From Reclinomonas americana ATCC 50394 (Eukaryota), in contig PS015010.1 in assembly GCA_048213135.1 (NCBI GenBank), positions 806,001-870,000 of the forward strand: 64,000 nt of DNA, read 5' to 3'. Positions 31,342-40,873 of the stretch are shown piece by piece (the stretch's first letter is position 1; every line of letters begins with the position of its first letter). The position numbers were made by a program, and so were the translations under genes. The notes beneath the pieces are model-generated. The model was not told the origin of the DNA. It saw nothing but the letters and a program-made list of their open reading frames with translations, and did not search any database.

Positions 31342-32232
31342 TTATTTCAATTCAATATAAGGATTACCGCCAAACAGTTTCTTCTTTACAGAGTCTTTTA
31401 CCATTGTGGTATCAGACAATGGTTTATAGATGGGCATAGCCACTTTAAAAGTGACAGAGTCGCGGGTATACAACAGTAGCTTGTGCCCGTAACCCGTTAG
31501 CCTGGTATAGGCCTTATTGGCCGCATCATATGAAGGATAATCCTTAAGCACCACTTTGAATACAGAGCTGTCGCCCGGAATAATTGCCGGGGCGGGAAGG
31601 GTAACCGTATTGCTGTCGGGTTTAACCGCCGGAGTATGGGTTGTTGTATCGGCTGCGGGTTCTGTTGTGGCAACCGTTTGCTGTGGTTGTTTGCGCAGGA
31701 ATAAATACCATATGGCTGCAGCGGAAAGGCCCAGTATGACCAGGGCAGCTGCGCCCAGTAATATTTTCCTGTTATTGTTGGAAGGACGGGCAGGGGCGGC
31801 AAAAGAGATGTCATCATCGCCGGCTTTTTCTCTCACCTGCGTGGTTGCGGTTTCCATTTTATGAACCATCGCGTTGCCTTGTGTAAACTGGTACTGACCA
31901 GCCTGGTTCTTTTCCAATACACCCAGTCCTTCAATGCGGAAGGGTTTGCCAATGTGGAGGAACTGGCGTCCCAGGGTAAGATAGGAATCGAGATCGGCGG
32001 AGGCGAGGGGCTTTATTTTGCGGCTTTGCTGAACGATATAATCGATAAGCTCCTCATCTTCTGTAGCCCTCGTATTGTATTCAAAACTGATGGCATTTTC
32101 GGGCATCACGGTTTCCTTGTCATTCTCGCCGGGCAATACAAAATCAGGAGACAGTGTGAAAGTACCTACTCCCTGCAGTGTAACTTTTTTGTGGTTGTAG
32201 AAATGCTGAACGATCAGTTGCTCTATTTTCAT
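31342..32232 (-). CDS. Membrane-anchored protein with an N-terminal HU/CCDC81-like domain and a possible SPOR-like C-terminus
   Basis: KVTLQGVGTF and FRIEGLGVL HU-like motifs; single TM; Pro/Thr linker. Confidence 0.65.
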   Translation of the reverse strand: MKIEQLIVQHFYNHKKVTLQGVGTFTLSPDFVLPGENDKETVMPENAISFEYNTRATEDEELIDYIVQQSRKIKPLASADLDSYLTLGRQFLHIGKPFRIEGLGVLEKNQAGQYQFTQGNAMVHKMETATTQVREKAGDDDISFAAPARPSNNNRKILLGAAALVILGLSAAAIWYLFLRKQPQQTVATTEPAADTTTHTPAVKPDSNTVTLPAPAIIPGDSSVFKVVLKDYPSYDAANKAYTRLTGYGHKLLLYTRDSVTFKVAMPIYKPLSDTTMVKDSVKKKLFGGNPYIELK

Positions 32233-32391
32233 TGCAGAAAGTTGTGGTACAGCAAACCTACAAGATATTATCTATATGGCAAAGAGTATCAATTAACACG
32301 GAATTTTATAACAGCCTTGCAGCGATTGGCCTGTTTTTGCGATCATGGAAGCGTATTACGCCGGTTACCCGGTTTGTTGTAAATTTGTACC

Positions 32392-32724
32392 ATGCTATCT
32401 GAAAAAGATAAGGAATTCATAACCTATTGGGAAGCGGAGCGGGAGCGGCAGTCCGCATTCTCCAGCAAATTGCTGCGGGGCCTGCCTATGGCGATGGTGT
32501 TTGGTTTTCCCATTGTACTCTTTGTAGTAGTGGTTCATCTTTTTTTTCCTGAATGGTATACCCGCATATCGAATACATCTTCCGGAACATTTGTTACCAT
32601 TGTTCTGGCTGTAATCATTTGTATTGTATTTTTTTCTTATTTCCGTATGCACTACAAATGGGAAATGAATGAACAGCTGTACCAGGAACTAAAACAAAAA
32701 CAGGCACAACAATCAGCATCTTAA
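32392..32724 (+). CDS. Hypothetical two-TM membrane protein
   Basis: Two hydrophobic segments; KWEMNEQLYQEL; TAaaTTTG box 4 nt upstream. Confidence 0.75.
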   Translation: MLSEKDKEFITYWEAERERQSAFSSKLLRGLPMAMVFGFPIVLFVVVVHLFFPEWYTRISNTSSGTFVTIVLAVIICIVFFSYFRMHYKWEMNEQLYQELKQKQAQQSAS

Positions 32725-32764
32725 AGCAAAACCGATTTTTCACAATAACTCAATTATTATTACA

Positions 32765-33268
32765 ATGACCCGGAAATTATTCGTTTTGATCTTTGCAACC
32801 GTATTGATGGCAGGGTGCAGCAAGAGCAACGACAGCAACTGCAGCTACACAGAAATCAATGTTACCGTACCGCCTTCTGAAATAGCTACACTCGAGGCCT
32901 GGATCAATACAAACCGCCCGGCAGCCATAAAGCATTCGAGTGGCTTTTTTTACGAGATCGTTACACCGGGCGCAGGTGCTACGGCTAATGTTTGTTCAAG
33001 GATCACTGTGAAGTATGTAGGAAAACTCCTGAATGGTACAACATTCGAGGATACAACCACCGGCAGCGGTGTTAGTTTTTCTCTTGGCGGTGTTATTCCT
33101 GGCTGGCAGAAGAGTATTCCCCTGATCAAGCCCGGCGGATCCATCAACATTTACCTGCCGCCATCCCTGGCCTACGGAAGCCAACCCGTAAAGGACAACA
33201 ACGGTAACGTAGTGATCCCCGGTGATTCTTACCTGATTTTTTCTATTCAGTTGCTTAATGTTCAATAA
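32765..33268 (+). CDS. FKBP-type peptidyl-prolyl isomerase lipoprotein
   Basis: Lipobox [27 protein letters not shown]. Confidence 0.92.
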   Translation: MTRKLFVLIFATVLMAGCSKSNDSNCSYTEINVTVPPSEIATLEAWINTNRPAAIKHSSGFFYEIVTPGAGATANVCSRITVKYVGKLLNGTTFEDTTTGSGVSFSLGGVIPGWQKSIPLIKPGGSINIYLPPSLAYGSQPVKDNNGNVVIPGDSYLIFSIQLLNVQ

Positions 33269-33276
33269 CCAATAGC

Positions 33277-34704
33277 ATGAGCCACGAAGCCATATCGGTG
33301 TTTGACATGTTTAAGATCGGCGTAGGACCGTCGAGTAGCCATACCCTGGGGCCCTGGCGGGCTGCGCAGCGCTTTACCGATTCACTCGAAGCAAAAGACC
33401 TGTTGCAGCAGGTTACTGAGCTCAGGGTGCTGTTATATGGCTCCCTGGCTAAAACAGGCGTAGGGCATGGCACCGATGTGGCTGTTCAGCTGGGCCTTAG
33501 CGGCGATGATCCGGTTACTTTCGCGGTAGACCATATCCATTCTAAAATGGAGGATATCCGGCACATGAAAAAATTATTGCTGGCCGGTCGTCACGAGATC
33601 GGTTTTGATCCCGCGGAAGATATCGAATTCCTTTTTGGCGAGTCGTTGCCTTTTCATCCCAATGCGCTCAGCTTCCTGGTAACACTAGCTGATGGTAACA
33701 ATTTCTCAGAAACGTATTATTCTGTAGGCGGAGGTTTTGTAGTGCAGGAAGGCGAAACGTCGGGAGGTAAGGATGCTGTGGTATTGCCTTTTCCGGTGAA
33801 TACAGCAGGTGATCTGCTGCACTGGTGCATGAAAACCGGCTTGAACATAAGCGATGTGGTGCTGGAAAATGAGAGCGCCTGGCGTTCAGAAGCGGCAACC
33901 CGTTCCGGCGTACTCAATATCTGGCGGGTGATGAAGGAATGTATCTACCGGGGCTGCCATGAAGGGGGAATATTGCCCGGCGGGCTAAGTGTAAAAAGAC
34001 GCGGTGCAGCCCTCAATGCTAAACTTCTTAAAGAACAATCCTACCAGGATTACGACAGCTGGTTACAACTCATCAAATCGGGGGGCAATGACTTTAAATA
34101 CATCCTCGACTGGGTGAGTTGCTTTGCTCTTGCGGTTAATGAAGAAAACGCCAGTTTCGGCCGTGTTGTAACGGCTCCCACCAATGGCGCTGCCGGGGTT
34201 ATACCGGCCGTGTTACAGTACTATATTGCTTTTTGCGGAGGCGACAGCGACGATAAGATCGTTCAGTTCCTGCTTACGGCTTCGGAAGTGGGCAGCATAT
34301 TTAAAAAGGGTGCCACCATTTCTGCCGCTATGGGCGGGTGCCAGGCCGAAATAGGGGTGAGCAGTGCCATGGCTGCGGCAGCACTTACCGAGAGTATGGG
34401 CGGCACACAACGCCAGGCACTGATGGCTGCTGAAATTGCGATGGAACATCACCTGGGTATGACCTGCGATCCCATTGGCGGACTGGTACAGGTACCCTGT
34501 ATTGAACGCAATACCATGGGGGCTATCAAAGCCATTACAGCCAGCCAGCTTGCCCTGCAAAGCTCACCTGATTATGCCAAGGTTAGTCTTGATAGTGTGA
34601 TCAAAACCATGTGGGACACTGCGCTTGATATGAACAGTAAATATAAGGAAACCGCCGATGGCGGACTGGCGGTGAATGTACCGCTGAGCCTGAGTGAATG
34701 CTGA
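33277..34704 (+). CDS. sdaA: L-serine ammonia-lyase (Fe-S, single chain)
   Basis: [46 protein letters not shown]. Confidence 0.96.
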   Translation: MSHEAISVFDMFKIGVGPSSSHTLGPWRAAQRFTDSLEAKDLLQQVTELRVLLYGSLAKTGVGHGTDVAVQLGLSGDDPVTFAVDHIHSKMEDIRHMKKLLLAGRHEIGFDPAEDIEFLFGESLPFHPNALSFLVTLADGNNFSETYYSVGGGFVVQEGETSGGKDAVVLPFPVNTAGDLLHWCMKTGLNISDVVLENESAWRSEAATRSGVLNIWRVMKECIYRGCHEGGILPGGLSVKRRGAALNAKLLKEQSYQDYDSWLQLIKSGGNDFKYILDWVSCFALAVNEENASFGRVVTAPTNGAAGVIPAVLQYYIAFCGGDSDDKIVQFLLTASEVGSIFKKGATISAAMGGCQAEIGVSSAMAAAALTESMGGTQRQALMAAEIAMEHHLGMTCDPIGGLVQVPCIERNTMGAIKAITASQLALQSSPDYAKVSLDSVIKTMWDTALDMNSKYKETADGGLAVNVPLSLSEC

Positions 34705-34707
34705 TAA

Positions 34708-35145
34708 CTATACGCCGTACCTGCGTTTGATATCGCGGTCGTTCTCCCGTTGTTTGATGGTCTCTCTTTTGTCGTATATCTTTTTACCCTTTCCCAGCCC
34801 GATCTCCAGTTTAGCCAGCCCTTTTTCACTGATGAATACTTTCAGCGGGATGATGCTGTAGCCTTTCTCTTTGATCTTCGACTCCAGCTTGCGCAGCTCC
34901 CTTTTTGTAAGCAGCAACTTCCTTTCCTGCATGGGTTCGTGATTGGTATAGGTGCCAAAAGCGTATTCGGATATGTGTAAGCTCTTTACAAACAACTCCC
35001 CGCGATTAAAAACGCAGTAACTGTCGTTGAAACTGGCTTTGCCGGCACGCAGCGACTTGATCTCTGTTCCGGATAATACAATGCCCGCAACATACGTCGC
35101 TTCAAAAAAATACTCATGATATGCCTTGCGGTTACTGATCTCCAA
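34708..35145 (-). CDS. smpB: SsrA-binding protein (probable TTG start at 35145)
   Basis: NRKAYHEY, AGIVLSGTEIKSLR, GKGKKIYDKRE; the TTG at 35163 lies inside the TAccTTTG box (35168-35161). Confidence 0.95.
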   Translation of the reverse strand: MEISNRKAYHEYFFEATYVAGIVLSGTEIKSLRAGKASFNDSYCVFNRGELFVKSLHISEYAFGTYTNHEPMQERKLLLTKRELRKLESKIKEKGYSIIPLKVFISEKGLAKLEIGLGKGKKIYDKRETIKQRENDRDIKRRYGV

Positions 35146-35210
35146 TGCCTGATTTTTTTGCAAAGGTAGATCAATTGCGAATTACTGATTACAAATTACC
35201 GGTTAGAGGC

Positions 35211-35243
35211 TGATATGTGGTCGCAATTTGCGACCACATATCA
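35211..35243. repeat. Perfect palindrome (16-bp arms, 1-nt centre) overlapping the ORF6N stop codon; second copy at 35545-35571
   Basis: tgatatgtggtcgcaa-t-ttgcgaccacatatca. Confidence 0.9.
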
Positions 35244-35774
35244 TTTCTTAAAACCTATTCGTTGCCTGTTTTCCCAGGATAGGGTTTCCGCTTTTTCATC
35301 CAGCAGACGTTCAAGTGTGTCATACAAGGCACTCAATTGAATGTCATGTTCCCCGATATGTTCTTTCAGGGCCATGATCTGCGAGGCCAGGGCTTCATAT
35401 TCCCTCGCTGCCCTGCGGAGGCTTACGAATGCCCTTACAACCGTAATACTCATACTAATGGCTTTGTCGGAACGAAGAATGCTCGCCAGCATAATAATGC
35501 CATGTTCTGAAAAGGCGTAAGGCAACAGATCGGTATTTCTTTTGTATGCGGTCGCAATTTGCGACCGCATATATTCCCATTCGGGTACGGACAGCCGGAA
35601 CATGAAGTCCTCTGGGAAGCGGTCCTGGTTGCGTTTCACCTGCTCATTCAATCGTTTGGTCGGCACTTCGTATAAAGCGGCAATATCGAAATCGAGCATA
35701 ATCTTTCTGCCCCTGAGGGTGTATATCTTTGGAAGGATGGTGTCTTCCGTTGCGGGAATTGGTAATAATGGCAT
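35241..35774 (-). CDS. ORF6N (KilA-N-like) DNA-binding domain protein
   Basis: IYTLRGRKIMLDFDIAALYEVPTKRLNEQVKRNQDRFPEDFMF, PYAFSEHG, RIGF tail. Confidence 0.92.
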   Translation of the reverse strand: MPLLPIPATEDTILPKIYTLRGRKIMLDFDIAALYEVPTKRLNEQVKRNQDRFPEDFMFRLSVPEWEYMRSQIATAYKRNTDLLPYAFSEHGIIMLASILRSDKAISMSITVVRAFVSLRRAAREYEALASQIMALKEHIGEHDIQLSALYDTLERLLDEKAETLSWENRQRIGFKK

Positions 35775-35844
35775 ACTGTAGTTTTTCTCAAATCACGGAA
35801 GAAGAGACATAAAAGCGATTGCGGGTTCTACGCAGGAAACAAAT

Positions 35845-35874
35845 AAAAAAGCCTTAACAGGAGGGTTAAGGCTT
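35845..35874 (-). terminator. Terminator of fbaA-accD
   Basis: A6-gccttaac-aggagg-gttaaggc. Confidence 0.75.
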
Positions 35875-35895
35875 CAAAAATATAGGTGACTGCGG

Positions 35896-36813
35896 TTAAC
35901 TTTTGAATAATAACAGCAGGCTGGTCATTTTTTGTTTGAGTTCTTTACGGTGAACGATAAAATCGAGGAAGCCGTGCTCCAGCAGGAACTCGCTGCGCTG
36001 GAAACCTTCCGGCAGGTCTTTTTTGATTGTTTCCTTGATCACCCTGGGGCCGGCAAAACCAATAAGGGCGCCGGGTTCGCCACAAATCACATCGCCGAGC
36101 ATGGCAAAAGATGCAGTGGTACCGCCAAAAGTAGGATCGGTACACAAAGAGATATAAGGAATTTTGGCATCGCTCAGTTGCGACAGCTTGCCCGATGTTT
36201 TGGCCAGCTGCATCAATGAAAAAGCGCTTTCCATCATCCTGGCTCCGCCGCTTTTATTGATGATCATGAAAGGAATGCGGTGTTCAATACAATAGTCGCA
36301 GGCCCTTGATATCTTTTCTCCCATCACACTGCCCAAACTGCCGCCGATGAATTCAAAATCCATACAGGCTACCACCAGGTCGTGGCCATTCACCTTACCA
36401 TGGGCTACCGTAATGGAGTCATGGATAGGGGTTTTGGCATAGGTCTCTTCCAGCCGCTGGGCATAGGGTTTAAGATCAACAAATCCCAGGAAGTCTTTGG
36501 AACGGATATTCTCAAAAAGTTCGGTGTATTCGTTGTTGTCAAACAGGATTTCGAAATAATCGTCGCTGCCTATACGGTGATGGTGGTCGCATTTGGGGCA
36601 AACAAAACTGTTCTCCTCCAGTTCGGCGATAGTGCAGGTGTATTTGCACGAAGGGCATTTCACCCACAGGCCTTCCGGGGCGTCTTTTTTATCTTTGGTA
36701 AGGGTAAGGATACCCTTCTTTTTTCTTTTGAACCACCTCGATTTTCCTTCTTCTATATTAGCTTCATCGCCGGTGAGGTTGGCATCAAAATCTTCTTCTT
36801 GTTTCTGGCTCAT
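35896..36813 (-). CDS. accD: Acetyl-CoA carboxylase carboxyltransferase beta subunit
   Basis: WVKCPSC...CPKC zinc finger; [29 protein letters not shown]. Confidence 0.96.
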   Translation of the reverse strand: MSQKQEEDFDANLTGDEANIEEGKSRWFKRKKKGILTLTKDKKDAPEGLWVKCPSCKYTCTIAELEENSFVCPKCDHHHRIGSDDYFEILFDNNEYTELFENIRSKDFLGFVDLKPYAQRLEETYAKTPIHDSITVAHGKVNGHDLVVACMDFEFIGGSLGSVMGEKISRACDYCIEHRIPFMIINKSGGARMMESAFSLMQLAKTSGKLSQLSDAKIPYISLCTDPTFGGTTASFAMLGDVICGEPGALIGFAGPRVIKETIKKDLPEGFQRSEFLLEHGFLDFIVHRKELKQKMTSLLLLFKS

Positions 36814-36836
36814 AGTTTGGAATGATGGTGACAAAT

Positions 36837-37904
36837 TTACGCGTTCCTGTTGATACAGTTCAGGTCTTCAAAAGCCACTTCAAGGCGTTTGGCAAAACTT
36901 TCCTCGCCCTTGCGTAACCATACCCTCGGATCGTAATATTTTTTATTGGGTTTGTCAGCTCCTTCAGGATTGCCCAGCTGGCCCTGGAGGTAAGCTTCAT
37001 TCTTTTTATAGTTGTTGAGTATACCTTCCCAGAAAGCCCATTGGAGGTCGGTATCGATATTCATCTTAATGGCACCATAACCAATCGCCTCGCGGATCTG
37101 GTGCTGGGGAGAACCGCTGCCGCCATGGAACACGAAATAAACAGGTTTAGGTCCCGTTTTCAGTTCTTTTTCAATATAATCCTGGCTGTTCTTCAGAATC
37201 TCAGGACGCAATTCCACGTTGCCGGGCTTATAAACGCCGTGAACGTTACCAAATGCCGCTGCCACGGTGAACATATTGCCTACTTTGCTCAGTTCGGTAT
37301 AGGCGTAAGCCACATGTTCCGGCTGTGTGTACAATTTATCATTTTCCACGTCACTGTTGTCAACACCGTCTTCTTCACCGCCGGTAACGCCGAGTTCAAT
37401 TTCGATGCTCATACCCAGCGGGGCCATACGTTTATAGAATTCAACAGAAGTAGCAATATTTTCAGCTATGGGTTCTTCGGAAAGATCAAGCATATGTGAG
37501 CTGTACAGCGGGCGACCTTTTTCCTTGTAAAACTGTTCTCCCGCATCGATCAGACCGCTAACCCAGGGCAGCCACTTTTTTGCTGCGTGGTCGGTATGCA
37601 GCACTACAGGAACACCATAATATTTAGCCACATTATGAATATGCAAAGCGCCGGAAACACCACCAGAAATATTGCCCTGCAACTGGTCATTGGGCATCCC
37701 TTTACCGGCAATGAACTGGGCTCCGCCGTTGGAAAACTGTACAATCACCGGAGAATTCACTTTAGCGGCGGTTTCCAGGGTGGCATTAATGGAGTTGGTA
37801 CCTATTGTATTGACAGCGGGTAAAGCGAAATTATTGTCTTTGGCATCGTTGTAAAGCGCTTCTAACTCGGCCCCGAAAAGGACGCCGGAACTGTATTTAC
37901 TCAT
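36837..37904 (-). CDS. fbaA: Class II fructose-bisphosphate aldolase
   Basis: [44 protein letters not shown]. Confidence 0.97.
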   Translation of the reverse strand: MSKYSSGVLFGAELEALYNDAKDNNFALPAVNTIGTNSINATLETAAKVNSPVIVQFSNGGAQFIAGKGMPNDQLQGNISGGVSGALHIHNVAKYYGVPVVLHTDHAAKKWLPWVSGLIDAGEQFYKEKGRPLYSSHMLDLSEEPIAENIATSVEFYKRMAPLGMSIEIELGVTGGEEDGVDNSDVENDKLYTQPEHVAYAYTELSKVGNMFTVAAAFGNVHGVYKPGNVELRPEILKNSQDYIEKELKTGPKPVYFVFHGGSGSPQHQIREAIGYGAIKMNIDTDLQWAFWEGILNNYKKNEAYLQGQLGNPEGADKPNKKYYDPRVWLRKGEESFAKRLEVAFEDLNCINRNA

Positions 37905-37945
37905 ATGGCTGTTTGTTTTTTACAAATGTAAGGATCAATTACTAA

Positions 37946-38728
37946 TTATGAATTACGAATGCCCGGTTCTTCAAGAAGCTTTTTGAAATAGGCGGGAGCC
38001 CACTGCAGGCGGCTGCCATACCAGCTGAACATTTCGCCGTCAACCAGCATGATCCTGGTTTGTGGTAATTGTTCCTGAAGTTCATCAATGTGTTTTTGCC
38101 GGAAAGGGTAAGGTTCGGAAGAAAGCAGCAGCAGTTCGCAATCCCGGTTTTGCAGATCGGTCACAGAGATTTCGGGGTAACGGGAGCGGTCACTGAAAAT
38201 ATTATGAAAACCGCATCGCTGCAGCATATCATGGATAAAAGTATCGTGGCCGGCGGTCATATAAGGCTGGCGCCAGATAAGGTAGGCGGTTTTGAGGGCA
38301 ACGGACTGTTGGGGGATATCTTCAAATGCCAGTTGTATGCGGTGCCGCAATTGCTCCGCCTTCGTCTGTGTGCCTGTGAGTTCACCTATATCTGTGATCA
38401 TGCCCAACGCGTGGGGCAGCGTATGTATATCGCTTACCCATACCGGATAATCCCTTGCAAGATCTTCCACCTGTTCCTTTACATTTTCTTCCCTGTTGGC
38501 AATGATGAGATCGGGGCGGAGGGCATCAACCGCTTCTCTTTTCACTTGTTTGGTACCGCCTACGCGGGGCTTGGTCCTGAACCAGGCTTCGGGATGTATA
38601 CAGAACTTGGTGATGCCGGCAGTTGCGCCGTCAAGTTCCAGGTCATACAGTAATTCTGTCTGGGATGGCACCAGCGACACTATCCTGGAAGGAATATAAC
38701 CCAGTTCGGCTGTGGATTGCAGGATCAT
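37946..38728 (-). CDS. Helical-backbone metal receptor (BtuF-like substrate-binding family)
   Basis: RIVSLVPSQTELL, VGGTK, PDLIIANREEN, LSSEPYPF, DGEMFSWYGSR. Confidence 0.88.
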   Translation of the reverse strand: MILQSTAELGYIPSRIVSLVPSQTELLYDLELDGATAGITKFCIHPEAWFRTKPRVGGTKQVKREAVDALRPDLIIANREENVKEQVEDLARDYPVWVSDIHTLPHALGMITDIGELTGTQTKAEQLRHRIQLAFEDIPQQSVALKTAYLIWRQPYMTAGHDTFIHDMLQRCGFHNIFSDRSRYPEISVTDLQNRDCELLLLSSEPYPFRQKHIDELQEQLPQTRIMLVDGEMFSWYGSRLQWAPAYFKKLLEEPGIRNS

Positions 38729-38755
38729 GCGGCAAAATTAGGCAGGGGAGGCTAT

Positions 38756-38792
38756 AAATAAAAACTTCCATGAGCGTATGATCATGGAAGTT
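38756..38792 (-). terminator. Terminator closing the candidate ncRNA
   Basis: aacttccatga/tcatggaagtt 11-bp stem; U run follows on the minus strand. Confidence 0.7.
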
Positions 38793-39170
38793 AATTTTTT
38801 GACACAACCTAAGCACAAGGTGGTCTTTCAGGATTTGATTTTACTTTTCTTAAGGGGTTAAGTGTAAAAATTAAATCAAAAATGATTTTATCCTGGTTTC
38901 AGTGTTACGGGTTTTTCAGCTTTTTACAGCTAAGGAATTGGTTTTTTGGTTTTCAAGCCATCATCGCTTTTTACGGCATAGGCTAGAATAATGGACTTTG
39001 GTTTTTCGTCGGATAAATATGATCTTAAAACGATATTGGCTTTTAAAATAGAAGTTGACTGATATTGGATCGTTGGTGGTTCTTCACAAACATTGGATGT
39101 AATAACTTGGCTTTATCAGGATTCTTGGATAACGATTGATATTTGAAATCTTATCAATCAACTTCTGACA
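38756..39170 (-). ncRNA. Candidate ~400-nt non-coding RNA with ~8 repeated UCC..UGAAAAACC modules
   Basis: Promoter-like CAtcTTTG (39178-39171), own terminator, 14-bp long-range stem with a U.G pair on the minus strand, only very short ATG-initiated ORFs. Confidence 0.55.
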
Positions 39171-39336
39171 CAAAGATGCGACAGGTTCGACTGCCGGGCA
39201 AGAGCGATATTGCTCTTTTTTGGGGCTGTAGTAATTACTGGCAGAGTCGTATATATTCAGAAAAATGACCCGGGTTCTTCCGTAGTACGATATCGTAAAA
39301 ATACGTAGAACAGCCCTGCGGCTTGTACGATGAACT

Positions 39337-39368
39337 AAAAATGCCGCTTCAGGAGAATGCGGCATTTT
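39337..39368 (-). terminator. Terminator of the CBS-like gene
   Basis: aaaatgccgc...gcggcatttt. Confidence 0.75.
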
Positions 39369-39401
39369 ATTGATTATGAGTATTTTGTGTTTTTCTGTCT
39401 T

Positions 39402-40757
39402 TTACTTGGACAGGCTCTGGATAATGTCATATTTTGTTACAATATGGAAAGACCCGCTGTCGTCCCTGCTCAGCACTGCACCATTCTCTTTGGTGATAAA
39501 AGAGCTTAAACGCTCAACCGGTGTATCAAAAGCCACTTCGGGGTAGGCTTTTTCCATCACATTCCCGATGGGTTGCGCTTTAATGTCCGCGTCAGCCAGT
39601 ATTTTATTGAACAGCCCGCTTTCAGATATGGCGCCCACATTGCTGCCATTGTCAATTACAGGAATATTCTCAATGTCGTATTTCTTCATCAGCGCAATCG
39701 CATCCATTACAGTCTGGTCGGGCGTTACAGTGATGAGTTTTTTAGAACCACGTCCACTAATCACATCCCGGAAGGTCTTCACATCCAGGAAACCCCTTTC
39801 CAGCATCCATTCGTCGTTATACACTTTACCTACATAGCGGCTGCCATGGTCATGGAAAATACATACAACCACATCACCTTCTTTCAGGCTGTCTTTCAGT
39901 TGCAGTAAACCCTGCAAACAGCTGCCGGCACTGTATCCGCAGAACATGCCTTCTTCCTTGGCAATACGGCGGGCCATAACGGCGCCATCTTTATCGGTCA
40001 CTTTTTCAAACTTATCGATGTATTGCATATCGTAGTTCTCCGGCACAAAATCTTCGCCGAAGCCTTCACTGATATAGGGATACACTTCCTTCTGATCCAA
40101 TTCGCCGGTCTCGAAATATTTTTTCAGGAGGGAGCCATAACTGTCAATGGCCCACACTTTAATGTTTGGATTTTTTTCTTTCAGGTATTTGCCGGTGCCA
40201 ATGATGGTACCGCCGGTGCCGGTAGCAACCACCAGGTGGGTCACCTTGCCTTCGGTCTGCTCCCATATTTCGGGGCCGGTTTGTTCGTAATGCGCCAGCC
40301 TGTTGGCCAGGTTATCATATTGATTCACATACCAGCTGTTGGGCACTTCGGTGGCCAGGCGTTTGGAAACAGAGTAGTAACTGCGGGGATCTTCGGGTTC
40401 CACATTGGTAGGGCAAACGATCACTTCAGCGCCTACAGCTTTCAGGATGTCGGCCTTTTCTTTTGACTGTTTATCAGTAGTGGTGAAAATGCATTTGTAT
40501 CCTTTTACACAGGCGGCCAGGGCCAGTCCCATACCGGTATTACCGCTGGTGCCTTCAATGATGGTGCCGCCGGGTTTTATCTTGCCTTCCTGTTCGGCCA
40601 CTTCCAGCATTTTAAGGGCCATACGGTCTTTAATGGAGTTGCCGGGATTGAAGTATTCTACCTTGGCCAGTACAGTGCAGGGCAGGTTTTTGGTGATCTT
40701 GTTCAGTTGAATGAGCGGGGTATTACCGATCGTTTCTAAGATATTATTGAGCCACAT
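39402..40757 (-). CDS. Cystathionine beta-synthase-like PLP enzyme with C-terminal CBS domains (alternative start 40766)
   Basis: IGNTPL, NPGNSIKDR, EGTSGNTG, GTGGT, DHGSRY; CBS pair at the C-terminus. Confidence 0.9.
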   Translation of the reverse strand: MWLNNILETIGNTPLIQLNKITKNLPCTVLAKVEYFNPGNSIKDRMALKMLEVAEQEGKIKPGGTIIEGTSGNTGMGLALAACVKGYKCIFTTTDKQSKEKADILKAVGAEVIVCPTNVEPEDPRSYYSVSKRLATEVPNSWYVNQYDNLANRLAHYEQTGPEIWEQTEGKVTHLVVATGTGGTIIGTGKYLKEKNPNIKVWAIDSYGSLLKKYFETGELDQKEVYPYISEGFGEDFVPENYDMQYIDKFEKVTDKDGAVMARRIAKEEGMFCGYSAGSCLQGLLQLKDSLKEGDVVVCIFHDHGSRYVGKVYNDEWMLERGFLDVKTFRDVISGRGSKKLITVTPDQTVMDAIALMKKYDIENIPVIDNGSNVGAISESGLFNKILADADIKAQPIGNVMEKAYPEVAFDTPVERLSSFITKENGAVLSRDDSGSFHIVTKYDIIQSLSK

Positions 40758-40873
40758 AGCATGCATTTTGGCGCAAAGGTACTGATTTGCACTGAGCCCT
40801 CCTCGGGCAACTGAAAGTTATGATGGCACGATTACTGCCTGACAGCTGTTGCTGATCATACTAAATCTGCATT

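Noticed and set aside
38821-39130. CRISPR array or direct-repeat array
   Set aside because: Repeated words are short and degenerate with irregular spacing; no cas genes in the window.
39084-39365. 93-aa minus-strand ORF
   Set aside because: Starts inside the CBS terminator hairpin, crosses the predicted promoter and shows no recognisable motif.
38729-39400. Cobalamin riboswitch upstream of the BtuF-like gene
   Set aside because: No B12-box or GGGAA...GCCACTG core on the minus strand, and the gene has its own -7 box 4 nt from its ATG.
40819-40860. Small three-way RNA junction resembling a riboswitch near the CBS-like gene
   Set aside because: Stems are only 4-6 bp, it matches no SAM or fluoride riboswitch consensus I know, and it lies upstream of both predicted divergent promoters.
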